Source: Candidatus Krumholzibacteriota bacterium (GTDB lineage Bacteria; Krumholzibacteriota; Krumholzibacteriia; Krumholzibacteriales; Krumholzibacteriaceae). Taken from it: a DNA stretch of 64,000 nucleotides. Each line of letters begins with the position of its first letter. Position 1 is the first letter of the stretch. The notes beneath the pieces were generated by a model. It was given only the letters and a program-made list of their open reading frames with translations, did not search any database and was not told where the DNA came from. Both the position numbers and the translations under genes were made by a program. Below are positions 38,753 to 47,955 of this stretch, piece after piece. Location of the stretch: assembly GCA_016931295.1 (NCBI GenBank), contig JAFGEZ010000004.1, positions 34,745 to 98,744 on the forward strand. The letters run 5' to 3'.

Positions 38753-39461
38753 ACGGATCGCGGACGCCATCGATCTCGTGCGGCGGATCGTCCGCCACAA
38801 CCTGAAGATCGTCTTCGCGGGGAAGTTCGTCTATTTCCTCGGCGGGGCCGTCCTCTTCTACCTCGGCGTGACCGCGATCAACATCTTCGGCGAGGAGGCC
38901 GTGCCGACGGCCGGCACGGTCTACGATCTCCTGCTCTTCCCCGGGCTGCTCCTCGTCTTCTATCCGACGGTCTTCGGCATCCAGCAGGACGTCGACACGC
39001 GGATGATCGAGATCCTCTTCGGCATCCCCGACTACCGGTACAAGGTGTGGCTCGTCCGCCTCGTTCTCATCTACGCCATCGTCTTCGCGCTCCTCGTGCC
39101 CCTCGCCCTCTTCGCCGAGCTCGCCCTCGCGCCGATCGACGTCGGGGCGATGGTTTGGGAGCTCATGTTCCCGATCTTCTTCCTCGGCGGCGTCGCATTC
39201 ATGCTCTCGACGGTCGTCCGGTCGGGGAACGGGACGGCGGTGATCATGATCGTCCTGGCCGCGGGCTTCCTCTTCGCCGCGGGCCAGATCGGGGCGAGCC
39301 GGTGGAACGTCTTCCTCAATCCCTTCCGGCTCCCCGACGGGATGAACGAGTCCGTCTGGGCCGACGTCATCCTCAAGAACCGGATCTTCCTCGCGGCGGG
39401 AGCGGTCGTCTCCTTCCTCGCCGGCCTCTTCAACCTGCAGAAGCGCGAGAAGTTCGTCTGA
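38739..39461 (+). CDS. ABC-2 family permease (6 TM)
   Basis: 240 aa hydrophobic protein. RBS GGAAGGGAG. Start overlaps the end of the RND::NBD gene. Confidence 0.7.
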   Translation: MPAGKRIADAIDLVRRIVRHNLKIVFAGKFVYFLGGAVLFYLGVTAINIFGEEAVPTAGTVYDLLLFPGLLLVFYPTVFGIQQDVDTRMIEILFGIPDYRYKVWLVRLVLIYAIVFALLVPLALFAELALAPIDVGAMVWELMFPIFFLGGVAFMLSTVVRSGNGTAVIMIVLAAGFLFAAGQIGASRWNVFLNPFRLPDGMNESVWADVILKNRIFLAAGAVVSFLAGLFNLQKREKFV

Positions 39462-39517
39462 TCGGCGCGCGGGCACGGATCCCCGACCGGCGAGGCGCGC
39501 CGGCGCAGGCGCGGCGC

Positions 39518-39548
39518 AAAAAAAAGAGCGCCGCGAGGCGGCGCTCCG
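39518..39548 (-). terminator. Rho-independent terminator for iorB (minus strand)
   Basis: On the minus strand, GAGCGCCGC-CTC-GCGGCGCTC hairpin followed by TTTTTTTT (complement of A8 at 39518..39525). Confidence 0.5.
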
Positions 39549-39571
39549 TGCGGTCGTTTCCCGGGCGGCTT

Positions 39572-40153
39572 CTACTCGACGGCGCGCCCTTCGAGAAAGG
39601 CCTTCTTGTTGATCTCTCCCGTTCCCTTCGGGGCCATCCGCTCGATCACGTCGAGCCACGTCGACTCCTCGATGTCGATCGAGCGCGAGAGGACGCCGAG
39701 AAGGATCGTGTTCACCATCCGAGAATTGCCGAGCTTCTCGGCGAGCGCGAAGGCGTCCACGACCGTCGCTTTCGGCACGCGCTTCTTCAGCGCTTCCTCG
39801 ATATGGTCGGGGTAGGAGAACGTGCCCGTCGAGACGATCGTCGGAACGATCCGCTGGCTGTTTGCGATCAAGGCGCCGCCGTCGGCGAGCTCGTGGATCC
39901 ACCGGAGGGCCTCGGCGATCTCGAAGGCGAGGATGACGTCCGCCGTCCCCGTCGGGATAAGGGGCGAGTGGATCTTCCTGCCGAAACGGACGTGGCTCGT
40001 GACGATGCCTCCCCGCTGGGACATCCCGTGGACCTCGCTCTTCTTGGCGTCGAGCCCCGTCACCTTCGCCACTTCGCAGAGGATCTCGCTCGCCAGAAGC
40101 ACTCCCTGTCCGCCGACTCCCACGATCAGCACGTTGGTGGTCTTGTCGCTCAT
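39572..40153 (-). CDS. iorB: indolepyruvate:ferredoxin oxidoreductase beta subunit
   Basis: 193 aa. VLIVGVGGQGVLLAS Rossmann-like start typical of IorB/ketoacid oxidoreductase gamma. Directly downstream of iorA. Confidence 0.75.
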   Translation of the reverse strand: MSDKTTNVLIVGVGGQGVLLASEILCEVAKVTGLDAKKSEVHGMSQRGGIVTSHVRFGRKIHSPLIPTGTADVILAFEIAEALRWIHELADGGALIANSQRIVPTIVSTGTFSYPDHIEEALKKRVPKATVVDAFALAEKLGNSRMVNTILLGVLSRSIDIEESTWLDVIERMAPKGTGEINKKAFLEGRAVE

Positions 40154-40194
40154 CGTCGTTTCCTTTCACCGTCGGTTCGTCTTGGGCCCGCCGC

Positions 40195-41967
40195 TCATTC
40201 CCCGGGGGGAACGATCGCGTCGGCGGGGCAGACCTGCGCGCAGATCGAGCAGCCCGTGCAGACGGCGGGATCGATCTTCGATTTCGGACGACCCTTGTCG
40301 TTCGTCTCTTCGCTCGCCGAGATCGCCGGGCAGCCCACCTTGAAGCAGGCGCCGCAGGCGATGCACGAGTCGGCGACGACGTGGAAGGCGACGCCCTTCA
40401 CCTTCTTCGGGAAGAGCATGCAGGGCCGGGTCGTGATGATGACGCTCGGTTCGTTTCGCGCGATCTCCTCGGCGAGGACCGCCTCCGTCCCGGCGAGGTC
40501 GTAGGGATCGACCTTGCGGACGTGCTCGACGCCGAGCGCGCGGCAGAGCTTCTCGAGGTCGATCGCCTTCGTCTCCTCCCCCATCAGCGTCCGTTCGTTG
40601 GCCGGGTTGAACTGCCCGCCCGTCATGGCGGTGATGCGGTTGTCGACGATGATCGTGGTGGTCGTGCCCCTGTTGTAGACGACGCTCGCCAGGGAGGTGA
40701 TCCCCGAGTGGAGGAAGGTGCTGTCGCCGAGGAGGGCGACCGTCTTCTTTTCGGTCTTGCCGGCCTTCTCGATCCCGAAGGCGTGGCCGATCGAGGCGCC
40801 CATGCAGAGGGTGGTGTCGATCTGCTCGAGCGGCGGCAGCGCGCCGAGGGTGTAGCAGCCGATGTCGCCCGTGGTGAAGACCTTCTGCTTGCGCAGGGCC
40901 ACCATCATGCCGCGGTGCGGGCAGCCGGGGCAGAGGACCGGCGGGCGGGGAAGGACCTCCGCGCGCTCCCTGCTGGCGGGGAGGTGCTCCGCGGAGAGGA
41001 CGCCCGCCTCGACGAGCCCCTCGCGGACGCGATCGACGTTCAGCTCGAGATAGTTCGAGAAGAACTTCTTCCCCTCGACGGGGATTCCCGCCGCGGCGAT
41101 CTGCTCCTCGTAGAAGCCCTCGAGCTCCTCGACGACGAGGAGGCGTCCCACCTCGGCGGCGAACTCGCGGATCTTCTTCATCGGCAGGGGATAGCCGAGG
41201 CCGAGCTTGAGGATGCTCGCCCCGGGCATCGCCTCGCGCGCGTACTGGTAGGCGACCGACCCCGTGATGATGCCCACCTTCTTGCCGTTCCACTCGATGC
41301 GGTTGAGTTCGGTCGCGTCGGCGTAGGCGGCGAGCCGCTCGAGCCGCTCGATGACGATCCTGTGCCGCTTGATCGCGTGGCCGGGAACCATGACGTACTT
41401 CGTGATGTTGCGTTCGAAGCCGCCGTGCTCGACCGTCTCGCGCTCGCCGATCGTGACGAGCCCCTTGGAGTGGGAGATCCGCGTCGTGAGGCGCAAAAGC
41501 ACCGGCGTGTCGAACTCCTCCGAGATCTCGAAGGCGTACTTGACGAAATCCTTCGCCTCCTGGCTGTCGGACGGCTCGAGGACGGGAATCGAGGCGAACT
41601 TGCCGTAGCACCGGTTGTCCTGCTCGTTCTGCGACGAGTGCAGGCTCGGATCGTCGGCGCTCACGATGATGAGCCCGGCGCCGACGCCGGTGTAGGAGAG
41701 GGTCATCAGCGGATCGGCTGCGACGTTCACGCCGACGTGCTTCATCGCGGCGAGCGACCTGGCGCCGCCGTAGCTCGCGCCGACGGCGTTCTCGAGCGCC
41801 ACCTTCTCGTTGATCGCCCACTCGGCGTAGATGTCGTCCTTGAAGAACCGGCCGATCGTCTCGAGGATCTCGGTGCTGGGCGTTCCCGGATAGGCCGAGG
41901 CGAACTCACCCCCGAACTCGTACATGCCACGGGCGAGCGCCTCGTTGCCGGACAGCATCATCTCCAT
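40195..41967 (-). CDS. iorA: indolepyruvate:ferredoxin oxidoreductase alpha subunit (TPP-binding, C-terminal 2x4Fe-4S)
   Basis: About 591 aa from ATG (complement 41967) with RBS GGAGG. C-terminal CIACGACFKVGCP...CTGCSICAQVCP. Confidence 0.8.
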   Translation of the reverse strand: MEMMLSGNEALARGMYEFGGEFASAYPGTPSTEILETIGRFFKDDIYAEWAINEKVALENAVGASYGGARSLAAMKHVGVNVAADPLMTLSYTGVGAGLIIVSADDPSLHSSQNEQDNRCYGKFASIPVLEPSDSQEAKDFVKYAFEISEEFDTPVLLRLTTRISHSKGLVTIGERETVEHGGFERNITKYVMVPGHAIKRHRIVIERLERLAAYADATELNRIEWNGKKVGIITGSVAYQYAREAMPGASILKLGLGYPLPMKKIREFAAEVGRLLVVEELEGFYEEQIAAAGIPVEGKKFFSNYLELNVDRVREGLVEAGVLSAEHLPASRERAEVLPRPPVLCPGCPHRGMMVALRKQKVFTTGDIGCYTLGALPPLEQIDTTLCMGASIGHAFGIEKAGKTEKKTVALLGDSTFLHSGITSLASVVYNRGTTTTIIVDNRITAMTGGQFNPANERTLMGEETKAIDLEKLCRALGVEHVRKVDPYDLAGTEAVLAEEIARNEPSVIITTRPCMLFPKKVKGVAFHVVADSCIACGACFKVGCPAISASEETNDKGRPKSKIDPAVCTGCSICAQVCPADAIVPPGE

Positions 41968-42179
41968 GTCAGGGTTCCTCCTGGTGGATGTGATGTATCG
42001 GTAAGACAGTATCGTCATCGTGAAGACAAGGCATCGTTCGTCAAAGGTACGAGAAAAACCGGAAAAATTCAACTAATAATTATACGGACGAAGGGCCGAA
42101 AACCGTGGCCCCGCGGGGCGGATTCCCATACAATGCAATGCATTATGGAATCATGCCTCGCTGCCGTCCGGGAGGAACG

Positions 42180-43361
42180 ATGACACGGCGCCCCACATAC
42201 GAAGAGGTCGGCGAGATCGCCCGCTTCGACGAGCGGGACACGGTCTTCTCGCGCGAGACGCTCGCTCCGGGGAGCGCCGGGGAACGCGAGTACCACGGGC
42301 GCCACCCCGAGAAGAAGGAGATCGACCGCGAGCTGGCCAGGTTCCTCGCCGGAAAGATGGAGGGGGGCGCCGGCGTCGACCGGGTGGCCCGGGCGATCTA
42401 CGAGGCGCATTTCGTGCCCGTCTCGGCCCTCGCCCTTCCCGATCGCGTCGACGGCGTGCCGGCCACCGAGCGGGTCGAATGGGACCCCGCCGACGCCGCC
42501 CGCCGGATCAAGGCGTTCGCGCGGCTGCTCGGCGCCGACGACGTCCGTATCGGGCCCCTGCGCAGCGAGTGGGTCTACTCGCATCGCGGCGCGCGGCCCT
42601 TCTTCGAGGGCGGCGGCTACGTCAATCCCCCCTACTTCGAGGGCATCCCCCCCGGCTACGCGGGCGGCCGCTACGGCGAGCCGGTCGAGTTGGCGCACCG
42701 CTACGCGATCTCGCTCGCCTTCGCGCAGGAGAAGGATCTCGTCGCGACCGGGGCGAGCCGGGCCGTCGACTTCGAGGTGGGCCGCGTCTACGCGAACAGC
42801 GTTCTCGCCTCCGTGCAGCTCGCCCGGTTCGTCCGCGCCCTCGGCTGGCCGGCGCGCGCCCATCACATGCGCAACTACCTCGTCCTCGCCGTTCCGGTCG
42901 CCGTCGACGCGGGGATCGGCGAGCTCGCCCGCTGCGGCTACGTCGTGAGCCGCTCGCTCGGCGCCGATTTCCGGCTGGCCACCGTGACGACCGATCTGCC
43001 CCTCGCGCTCGACGAGCCGGTCGACATCGGCATCCAGGATTTCTGCGAGAAGTGCAGGAAGTGCGCGACGAACTGTCCCTCGGGGGCGATCCCCGAGGGG
43101 GAGAAGACGATCGTCCGCGGGATCCGCAAGTGGAAGCTCGACGAGGAGAAATGCCTGCGTTACTGGGGGAAGGCCGGGTACACCTGCGGGATCTGCCAGG
43201 CGGTCTGCCCGTGGTCGAAGCCCCGCACCCCCTTCCACCGCCTCGTCGCGGCTCTCGCCGTCCACGCCCCCCCGCTGCGACGCGCCCTCGTCCTCGGCGA
43301 CGACGTCGTCTACGGCTCCCGCTTCAGGGCAAGGCCCCTCCCCGACTGGCTCCGGACGTAG
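42180..43361 (+). CDS. cytoplasmic RdhA/QueG-family Fe-S protein (reductive dehalogenase / epoxyqueuosine reductase-like)
   Basis: 393 aa from ATG 42180 (RBS GGAGG). C-terminal FCEKCRKCATNCP and CGICQAVCPW motifs. No signal peptide. Confidence 0.5.
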   Translation: MTRRPTYEEVGEIARFDERDTVFSRETLAPGSAGEREYHGRHPEKKEIDRELARFLAGKMEGGAGVDRVARAIYEAHFVPVSALALPDRVDGVPATERVEWDPADAARRIKAFARLLGADDVRIGPLRSEWVYSHRGARPFFEGGGYVNPPYFEGIPPGYAGGRYGEPVELAHRYAISLAFAQEKDLVATGASRAVDFEVGRVYANSVLASVQLARFVRALGWPARAHHMRNYLVLAVPVAVDAGIGELARCGYVVSRSLGADFRLATVTTDLPLALDEPVDIGIQDFCEKCRKCATNCPSGAIPEGEKTIVRGIRKWKLDEEKCLRYWGKAGYTCGICQAVCPWSKPRTPFHRLVAALAVHAPPLRRALVLGDDVVYGSRFRARPLPDWLRT

Positions 43362-43406
43362 CGGCCGCCGCGAGGAAAACGACCGCCAGGATCGCTGCCG
43401 CCCCTC

Positions 43407-43940
43407 TCATGGCGATCGAAGATCCTGCTCGCCGGCGATTCCCGCCGGCTCGTGGAAGTAGAGGGTCCAGAGATCCTCGCCGCCCTGGTTGAATTGCAGG
43501 AAGAAGACGCCGAACCGCGCGTCGGTCCCCTCGCGCGCCTCGAGCCCCGCGACGGTGCGGGCAAGGAGCGCCTGGCGGAGCGCCTCGCCGTCGTTCGCGA
43601 GCGTGTCGATCTCGGAGACGATCCCGTAGGGAGGCCAGCAGGGGCCGTTGTGATGGTAGAGCTCGGTGCGCGACCACGCGTCGATCCCGAGGCCGTCCAT
43701 CGTCTCGTCGAGATCCTGTATCGCCACGGAGACGACGCCGAGGTCGACCTCGGCGACGCTGTGGTACATCACCCGGGCGGTCTCGTCCGGTGCGGACGGT
43801 TCGGTGAAGGCGAGGCCGCTCGTGGCCGTCTCGGTGTCGCACCCCCCGATCGATTTCTCGTCGTCGCACCCGGCGAACGGGGCGATGGCGACGAGGACGG
43901 CGAGGATCGTCAACGCACGGCGGCAGATGAACAGGTACAT
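43407..43940 (-). CDS. hypothetical lipoprotein
   Basis: 177 aa from ATG (complement 43940). Lipobox-like ...APFAGCDDEK. Confidence 0.45.
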   Translation of the reverse strand: MYLFICRRALTILAVLVAIAPFAGCDDEKSIGGCDTETATSGLAFTEPSAPDETARVMYHSVAEVDLGVVSVAIQDLDETMDGLGIDAWSRTELYHHNGPCWPPYGIVSEIDTLANDGEALRQALLARTVAGLEAREGTDARFGVFFLQFNQGGEDLWTLYFHEPAGIAGEQDLRSP

Positions 43941-44001
43941 CACGATTCCCCCTCCATTGCGATGCGCGCTGCCGGCGCGCGATGCACCGGCAGCGGCGGG
44001 T

Positions 44002-44685
44002 TCAGAACTCCTCGGGCGGCGGCAGCCAGACGAGGATGCCAACCCGGAGTTCGAAGGCTGCGTAGCGGTCCTCGAGCGGCTCGCCGTCGGTGCGGAGGAC
44101 GGCGTCCTCGCCGGCGATGTTCTCGAGGAAGGGATTCTCGAAGGCGTCCTCCGCGAGTCCGTAACAGTAGGAGGCCTCGAGAAGAAAGGACAGGTTTTCC
44201 CGCATGGCGATCTCGAGCTGCGCGAGACCGAGCAGCTCGACGCCCTGCGTCTTGCCGCTGCCCGAGATGAGGTTGGTCACGCCCCAGCCGGCGCCCGCGC
44301 CGATCCAGGGGCGAAAGACGTCGCTTTCGGGAAGCAGGTTCTTCTTGGCGACGAGGGCGAAGGAGTAGTGCGTGAGATCGGCGGTGAAATCCTCGTACTC
44401 GTTGACGTAGGAGAACTCCGGGAGGAAGGAGACGCCGAAGTGCAGCTCGAAGGCCCAGGCGTGCTCGGCGAGGGTCCGGCCCAGGGCGATCGCGAAGGAG
44501 TAGCCGCCGCCGATCGATTCGTCTCCCTGCAGCCCCAGTTCGTCTGAGAGGTTCGGCATCGACGGCAGCCCGGCGCCGAGATCGGCCTTGAGAAAGAACT
44601 GGTCCCGTGTGTCCGTCTGCGCCCCGGCGGGGGCCGTGGCGGCGGCGAGCAGAAGCGCTGCCGCGGCGATGGCGATCGATCTCAC
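44002..44685 (-). CDS. putative outer-membrane beta-barrel protein
   Basis: About 227 aa from GTG (complement 44685) with RBS GGGAGG. Signal peptide. Alternating hydrophobic beta-strand pattern. Ends in ...WLPPPEEF. Confidence 0.45.
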   Translation of the reverse strand: MRSIAIAAAALLLAAATAPAGAQTDTRDQFFLKADLGAGLPSMPNLSDELGLQGDESIGGGYSFAIALGRTLAEHAWAFELHFGVSFLPEFSYVNEYEDFTADLTHYSFALVAKKNLLPESDVFRPWIGAGAGWGVTNLISGSGKTQGVELLGLAQLEIAMRENLSFLLEASYCYGLAEDAFENPFLENIAGEDAVLRTDGEPLEDRYAAFELRVGILVWLPPPEEF

Positions 44686-44747
44686 CGTCGAAACCTCCCT
44701 GGTTGCCCGGAGCGCCGCCGCCACGAGGTGTGCAGCGTCCGCTCCGG

Positions 44748-45143
44748 TCAGCGCGAGGCCGCTCCGTCCGCTTCACCCGTGGCGAGGGCGCGGTCGATCC
44801 ATCCCCTCAGATCGTCGAGGGGAACGAGGCCGACGAGGCGGTCGGCGACCGATCCGCCGCGGATGCAGAGGACCGTCGGCACGCCCGTCACGCCGTGCGC
44901 GGCCGCGGTGCGCGGATTCTTGGTGGCGTCGAGCTTGAAGAAAAGTGCCCGGCCGACGTAATCGGGGCCGATCTCGTTGAGCAGCCCTCCCATCACCTGG
45001 CACCCGGAGCACATCAGTGTGAAAACGTAAACGAAACAGGGGAGGTCGCTCGCCGGCACGAGCGCATCGTAGCTGGCGTCTGTCAGGGGGGCGGGCTCTC
45101 CCGGGATCGTCTCGAGCCCGAGGAGACGTTTCAGAAAACCCAT
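44748..45143 (-). CDS. thioredoxin-like protein (CSGC active site)
   Basis: 131 aa from ATG (complement 45143) with RBS AAGGAG. FVYVFTLMCSGCQ motif. Embedded in artefactual ORF 44748..45920. Confidence 0.6.
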   Translation of the reverse strand: MGFLKRLLGLETIPGEPAPLTDASYDALVPASDLPCFVYVFTLMCSGCQVMGGLLNEIGPDYVGRALFFKLDATKNPRTAAAHGVTGVPTVLCIRGGSVADRLVGLVPLDDLRGWIDRALATGEADGAASR

Positions 45144-45280
45144 TCGTCGCTCCTTATGAATACAGGGGTAATATAGCACGTGGGCGGGGACGGGGCACGC
45201 GGAAATCGCATCCGACGTGCCGAAACCGGTCGGGCGCTCCGCGGCCGGACGTTCGCGCCGCCCGGCACTGACGCGGCCGG

Positions 45281-46732
45281 TCACTCCTTCTTCAGCGCCG
45301 CGCCGAGAACGGACTGGAGGTCCTCCGCGCGATAGGGCTTGGGGATCGAGCCGCGGAAGCCGAAGGATTTCGGCGTCTGCATGATCGGGTCGGTCCCGTA
45401 CCCGCTCGTGACGATCGCCCGCACGCCGGGATCGATCCGCCGCAGCTCCTCGAGCGTCGAGCGGGCGCCCATGCCGCCGGCGACGGTGAGGTCGAGTATC
45501 GCGACATCGAACGGCGAGCCGGCCTCGATCGCCCGTCGCCAGAGTTCGACGGCGTCCTCCCCACGGCCGGCGAATTCGACGGCGTAGCCGAAGTTGTCGA
45601 GCAGTTTGCCGAGGACCTTGCGGATCAGGTCGTCGTCGTCCATGACGAGGATCTTCATGCGGCCGCCCGGAACCGGGGACGTCACGACCGGCGGACGCGC
45701 ATCGACGCCCGGCGAGGCCGGCAGGTAGATCGTCACCGCCGTTCCCTCCCCCGGCGTCGAGTCGACCTCGATGTGGCCGCCGTGCCGGCGGAGGATCGTC
45801 CACGCGGCGGGGAGCCCGAGGCCGCTTCCCTTCTCCTTCGTCGTGAAGTTCGGATCGAAGATCCGGACGATGTTTTCCCGCGGGATGCCGTGGCCGCGGT
45901 CGCGGACGACGATCCGGCACCAGTTCCCCTCGCCGACCGGGAGCCGACCCTGGAGGGCGACATGGAGGTTGTCGACGTCGATGTGGATGCGCCCTCCCTC
46001 GGGCGAGGACTCGCGCGCGTTCATCACGATATTGCTGAGGGCCTGCCGCATCAGCGATTCCTCAACCTCGACCGGCCAGAGCCCGTCGGAGACGCTGTAG
46101 TGGCAGGAGATGTTCGATCCGTGCAGCGCGAGCTCCGCCGAGTCGGTGACGAGGTTTCCCGCCGGCACCTTCCGCCTGGACGGCGGACCGTTTCCCGCGA
46201 GCGCCTGGAGCTGGCGCGTGAGCTTTCGCGCCTTGAGGGCCGCCTTCTCGAGATCGGCGAGAATCGGGGCGAGCTCGCCCTCGTCGTCGGCGTGGAGCTG
46301 GGCCAGGGAGACGTTCCCCATGATCGTCGCGAGGAGGTTGTTGAAATCGTGCGTGATGCCGCCGACGAGCGCGCCCGACGCCTCGAGCTTCTGCGTCTCG
46401 ATGATGATCTCCCCGGCGTCGGATTCCTTCCGCGTCTCGAGGATGGCGCGCGTCCTCGTGGAGGAGGGCTCCGGCGTGAGCGGAAGGACGGCCGCCGCGT
46501 CCGCGACCGCGGGGCGTGGCCGGCCCCAGAGATAGCCGAAGGCGGCGATGAGTCCGGCCGCCAGGGGACCCAGCCACACGGCGGGCGCGCTCGCGGCGAG
46601 AAAGCGCCCGGCGAGCGGACCGTCGGCGGCGAGGAAGGATTCGACGAGGCGGACGATCACCGCCGCCCCGAGGCCGACGGCGATCGCGCGCCAGGCGATC
46701 GAGCGCTCCGGCCGTCCATGTGCGTCGGTCAT
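45281..46732 (-). CDS. hybrid sensor histidine kinase / response regulator
   Basis: About 483 aa. Two N-terminal TM helices. H-box ITHDFNNLL, then HATPase, then C-terminal REC (MKILVMDDDD...). Confidence 0.8.
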   Translation of the reverse strand: MTDAHGRPERSIAWRAIAVGLGAAVIVRLVESFLAADGPLAGRFLAASAPAVWLGPLAAGLIAAFGYLWGRPRPAVADAAAVLPLTPEPSSTRTRAILETRKESDAGEIIIETQKLEASGALVGGITHDFNNLLATIMGNVSLAQLHADDEGELAPILADLEKAALKARKLTRQLQALAGNGPPSRRKVPAGNLVTDSAELALHGSNISCHYSVSDGLWPVEVEESLMRQALSNIVMNARESSPEGGRIHIDVDNLHVALQGRLPVGEGNWCRIVVRDRGHGIPRENIVRIFDPNFTTKEKGSGLGLPAAWTILRRHGGHIEVDSTPGEGTAVTIYLPASPGVDARPPVVTSPVPGGRMKILVMDDDDLIRKVLGKLLDNFGYAVEFAGRGEDAVELWRRAIEAGSPFDVAILDLTVAGGMGARSTLEELRRIDPGVRAIVTSGYGTDPIMQTPKSFGFRGSIPKPYRAEDLQSVLGAALKKE

Positions 46733-46912
46733 CCTCTCTCCTCGTCCAATGTCCGTCGTGATGTGACAGGCCGCTTCGTGAAGGAGCATACGGCCGTCCC
46801 GATGCGAAGACAAGACGAAAATCCGCCGTTTGTTGACCGGACAGAAAATGCGGGCGCCGCCGGCCGCCGATTCGTATAATCATCCGAGGGCGGACGACAG
46901 GAAGGAGTCGAC

Positions 46913-47827
46913 ATGAGACGGACGATAACGGCGGTGGCGATCTGCGCGGCTTTTTCGGCGGCCTCGCCGGCCCTGGCCGGATCCGGCCCCGGGGATCTTC
47001 TCCCGCAAGCGGGCGAGATCGCGGGCTGGGCGACGGACGGCGAACCACTCTTCTACGGGCCGGAGGACCTCTGGGAATACATCGACGGATCGGCGGAGAA
47101 TTTCCTTTCCTACGAGTTCGAGGCGGTCGCCGCGCAGGAATACCGCGACGACGCCGGCCGGAGCATCAAGGTGGAGATCTACCGTCACGCCTCGCCGCTC
47201 ATGGCCTACGGCATCTTCACGCAGTTCCGATCGCCCGATGCCGACGTCCTCGAAATCGGCGACGACGCGTTCGGCGACGCCTACTCCCTCCACCTTTTGC
47301 GGGGCCGGTGCTACGTGAAGATCGACGCCTACGACGGAAGCCCCGAATCGGCGGCGGGCATGCGGGCTTTCGCCGGGGCGATCGCGGCGAGGATCGACGG
47401 CGCGGGTGCGCCGCCGGCGGCCCTCGACGTTTTTCCCCCCGACGGGCTCGTCGCCTGGAGCGAGACCTTCATCAACGAGGGCGTCCTCGGCAGCGCGAAG
47501 TTCCCTCCGGCCTTCGTGGCCCTGTACGCCGCCGGCGAAAAGCGGGGGAAACTGTATCTCTTTCCCGGCGAGGACGACGAGGCGGCGCGAACGGTATTCG
47601 ACTGGTACACCGGCTCGATCGGGGCGGCGGTCGCCGGGCGCGAGGGCGCCGGCGGCTGGCTCGCCGCGGCGGGATCCGACCGGTACCGCGGCGACGTGCT
47701 CGTCTTTCTCCGCGGGGGATGGCTGGGGATCGTGACCGGGTTCGAGGGCGATCCGGCCGCCCGGGAGGACCTGGCGAGCCGCGCCGTGGAGCGGATCGCC
47801 GCCGCCGCGTGCGAAAAGGAGCCCTGA
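46913..47827 (+). CDS. secreted hypothetical protein
   Basis: 304 aa. Signal peptide MRRTITAVAICAAFSAASPALAG. No recognisable motif. Confidence 0.45.
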   Translation: MRRTITAVAICAAFSAASPALAGSGPGDLLPQAGEIAGWATDGEPLFYGPEDLWEYIDGSAENFLSYEFEAVAAQEYRDDAGRSIKVEIYRHASPLMAYGIFTQFRSPDADVLEIGDDAFGDAYSLHLLRGRCYVKIDAYDGSPESAAGMRAFAGAIAARIDGAGAPPAALDVFPPDGLVAWSETFINEGVLGSAKFPPAFVALYAAGEKRGKLYLFPGEDDEAARTVFDWYTGSIGAAVAGREGAGGWLAAAGSDRYRGDVLVFLRGGWLGIVTGFEGDPAAREDLASRAVERIAAAACEKEP

Positions 47828-47900
47828 CGTCCTCGAGGATCGGGCGGGAACCGGCGGGCGGCGATCCGGCAGCAGCGGAACCGGCCGGCACGGACGGGAA

Positions 47901-47926
47901 AACGGGGCGCCCCGCGGCGCCCCGTT
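47901..47926. terminator. perfect 11-bp-stem hairpin between convergent genes
   Basis: AACGGGGCGCC-CCGC-GGCGCCCCGTT, seen directly. TTTTCCC tract on the minus-strand side. Confidence 0.4.
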
Positions 47927-47955
47927 CATCGTTCCGGTCGGGATTGGTCTGCCGA

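Noticed and set aside
30796-38800. Minus-strand ORFs 30796..34284, 33947..36280 and 36527..38800, and plus-frame ORFs 31164..33971 and 34090..38805
   Set aside because: All overlap the two RND genes in wrong frames or on the wrong strand with low-complexity products. RND motifs exist only in the called frames.
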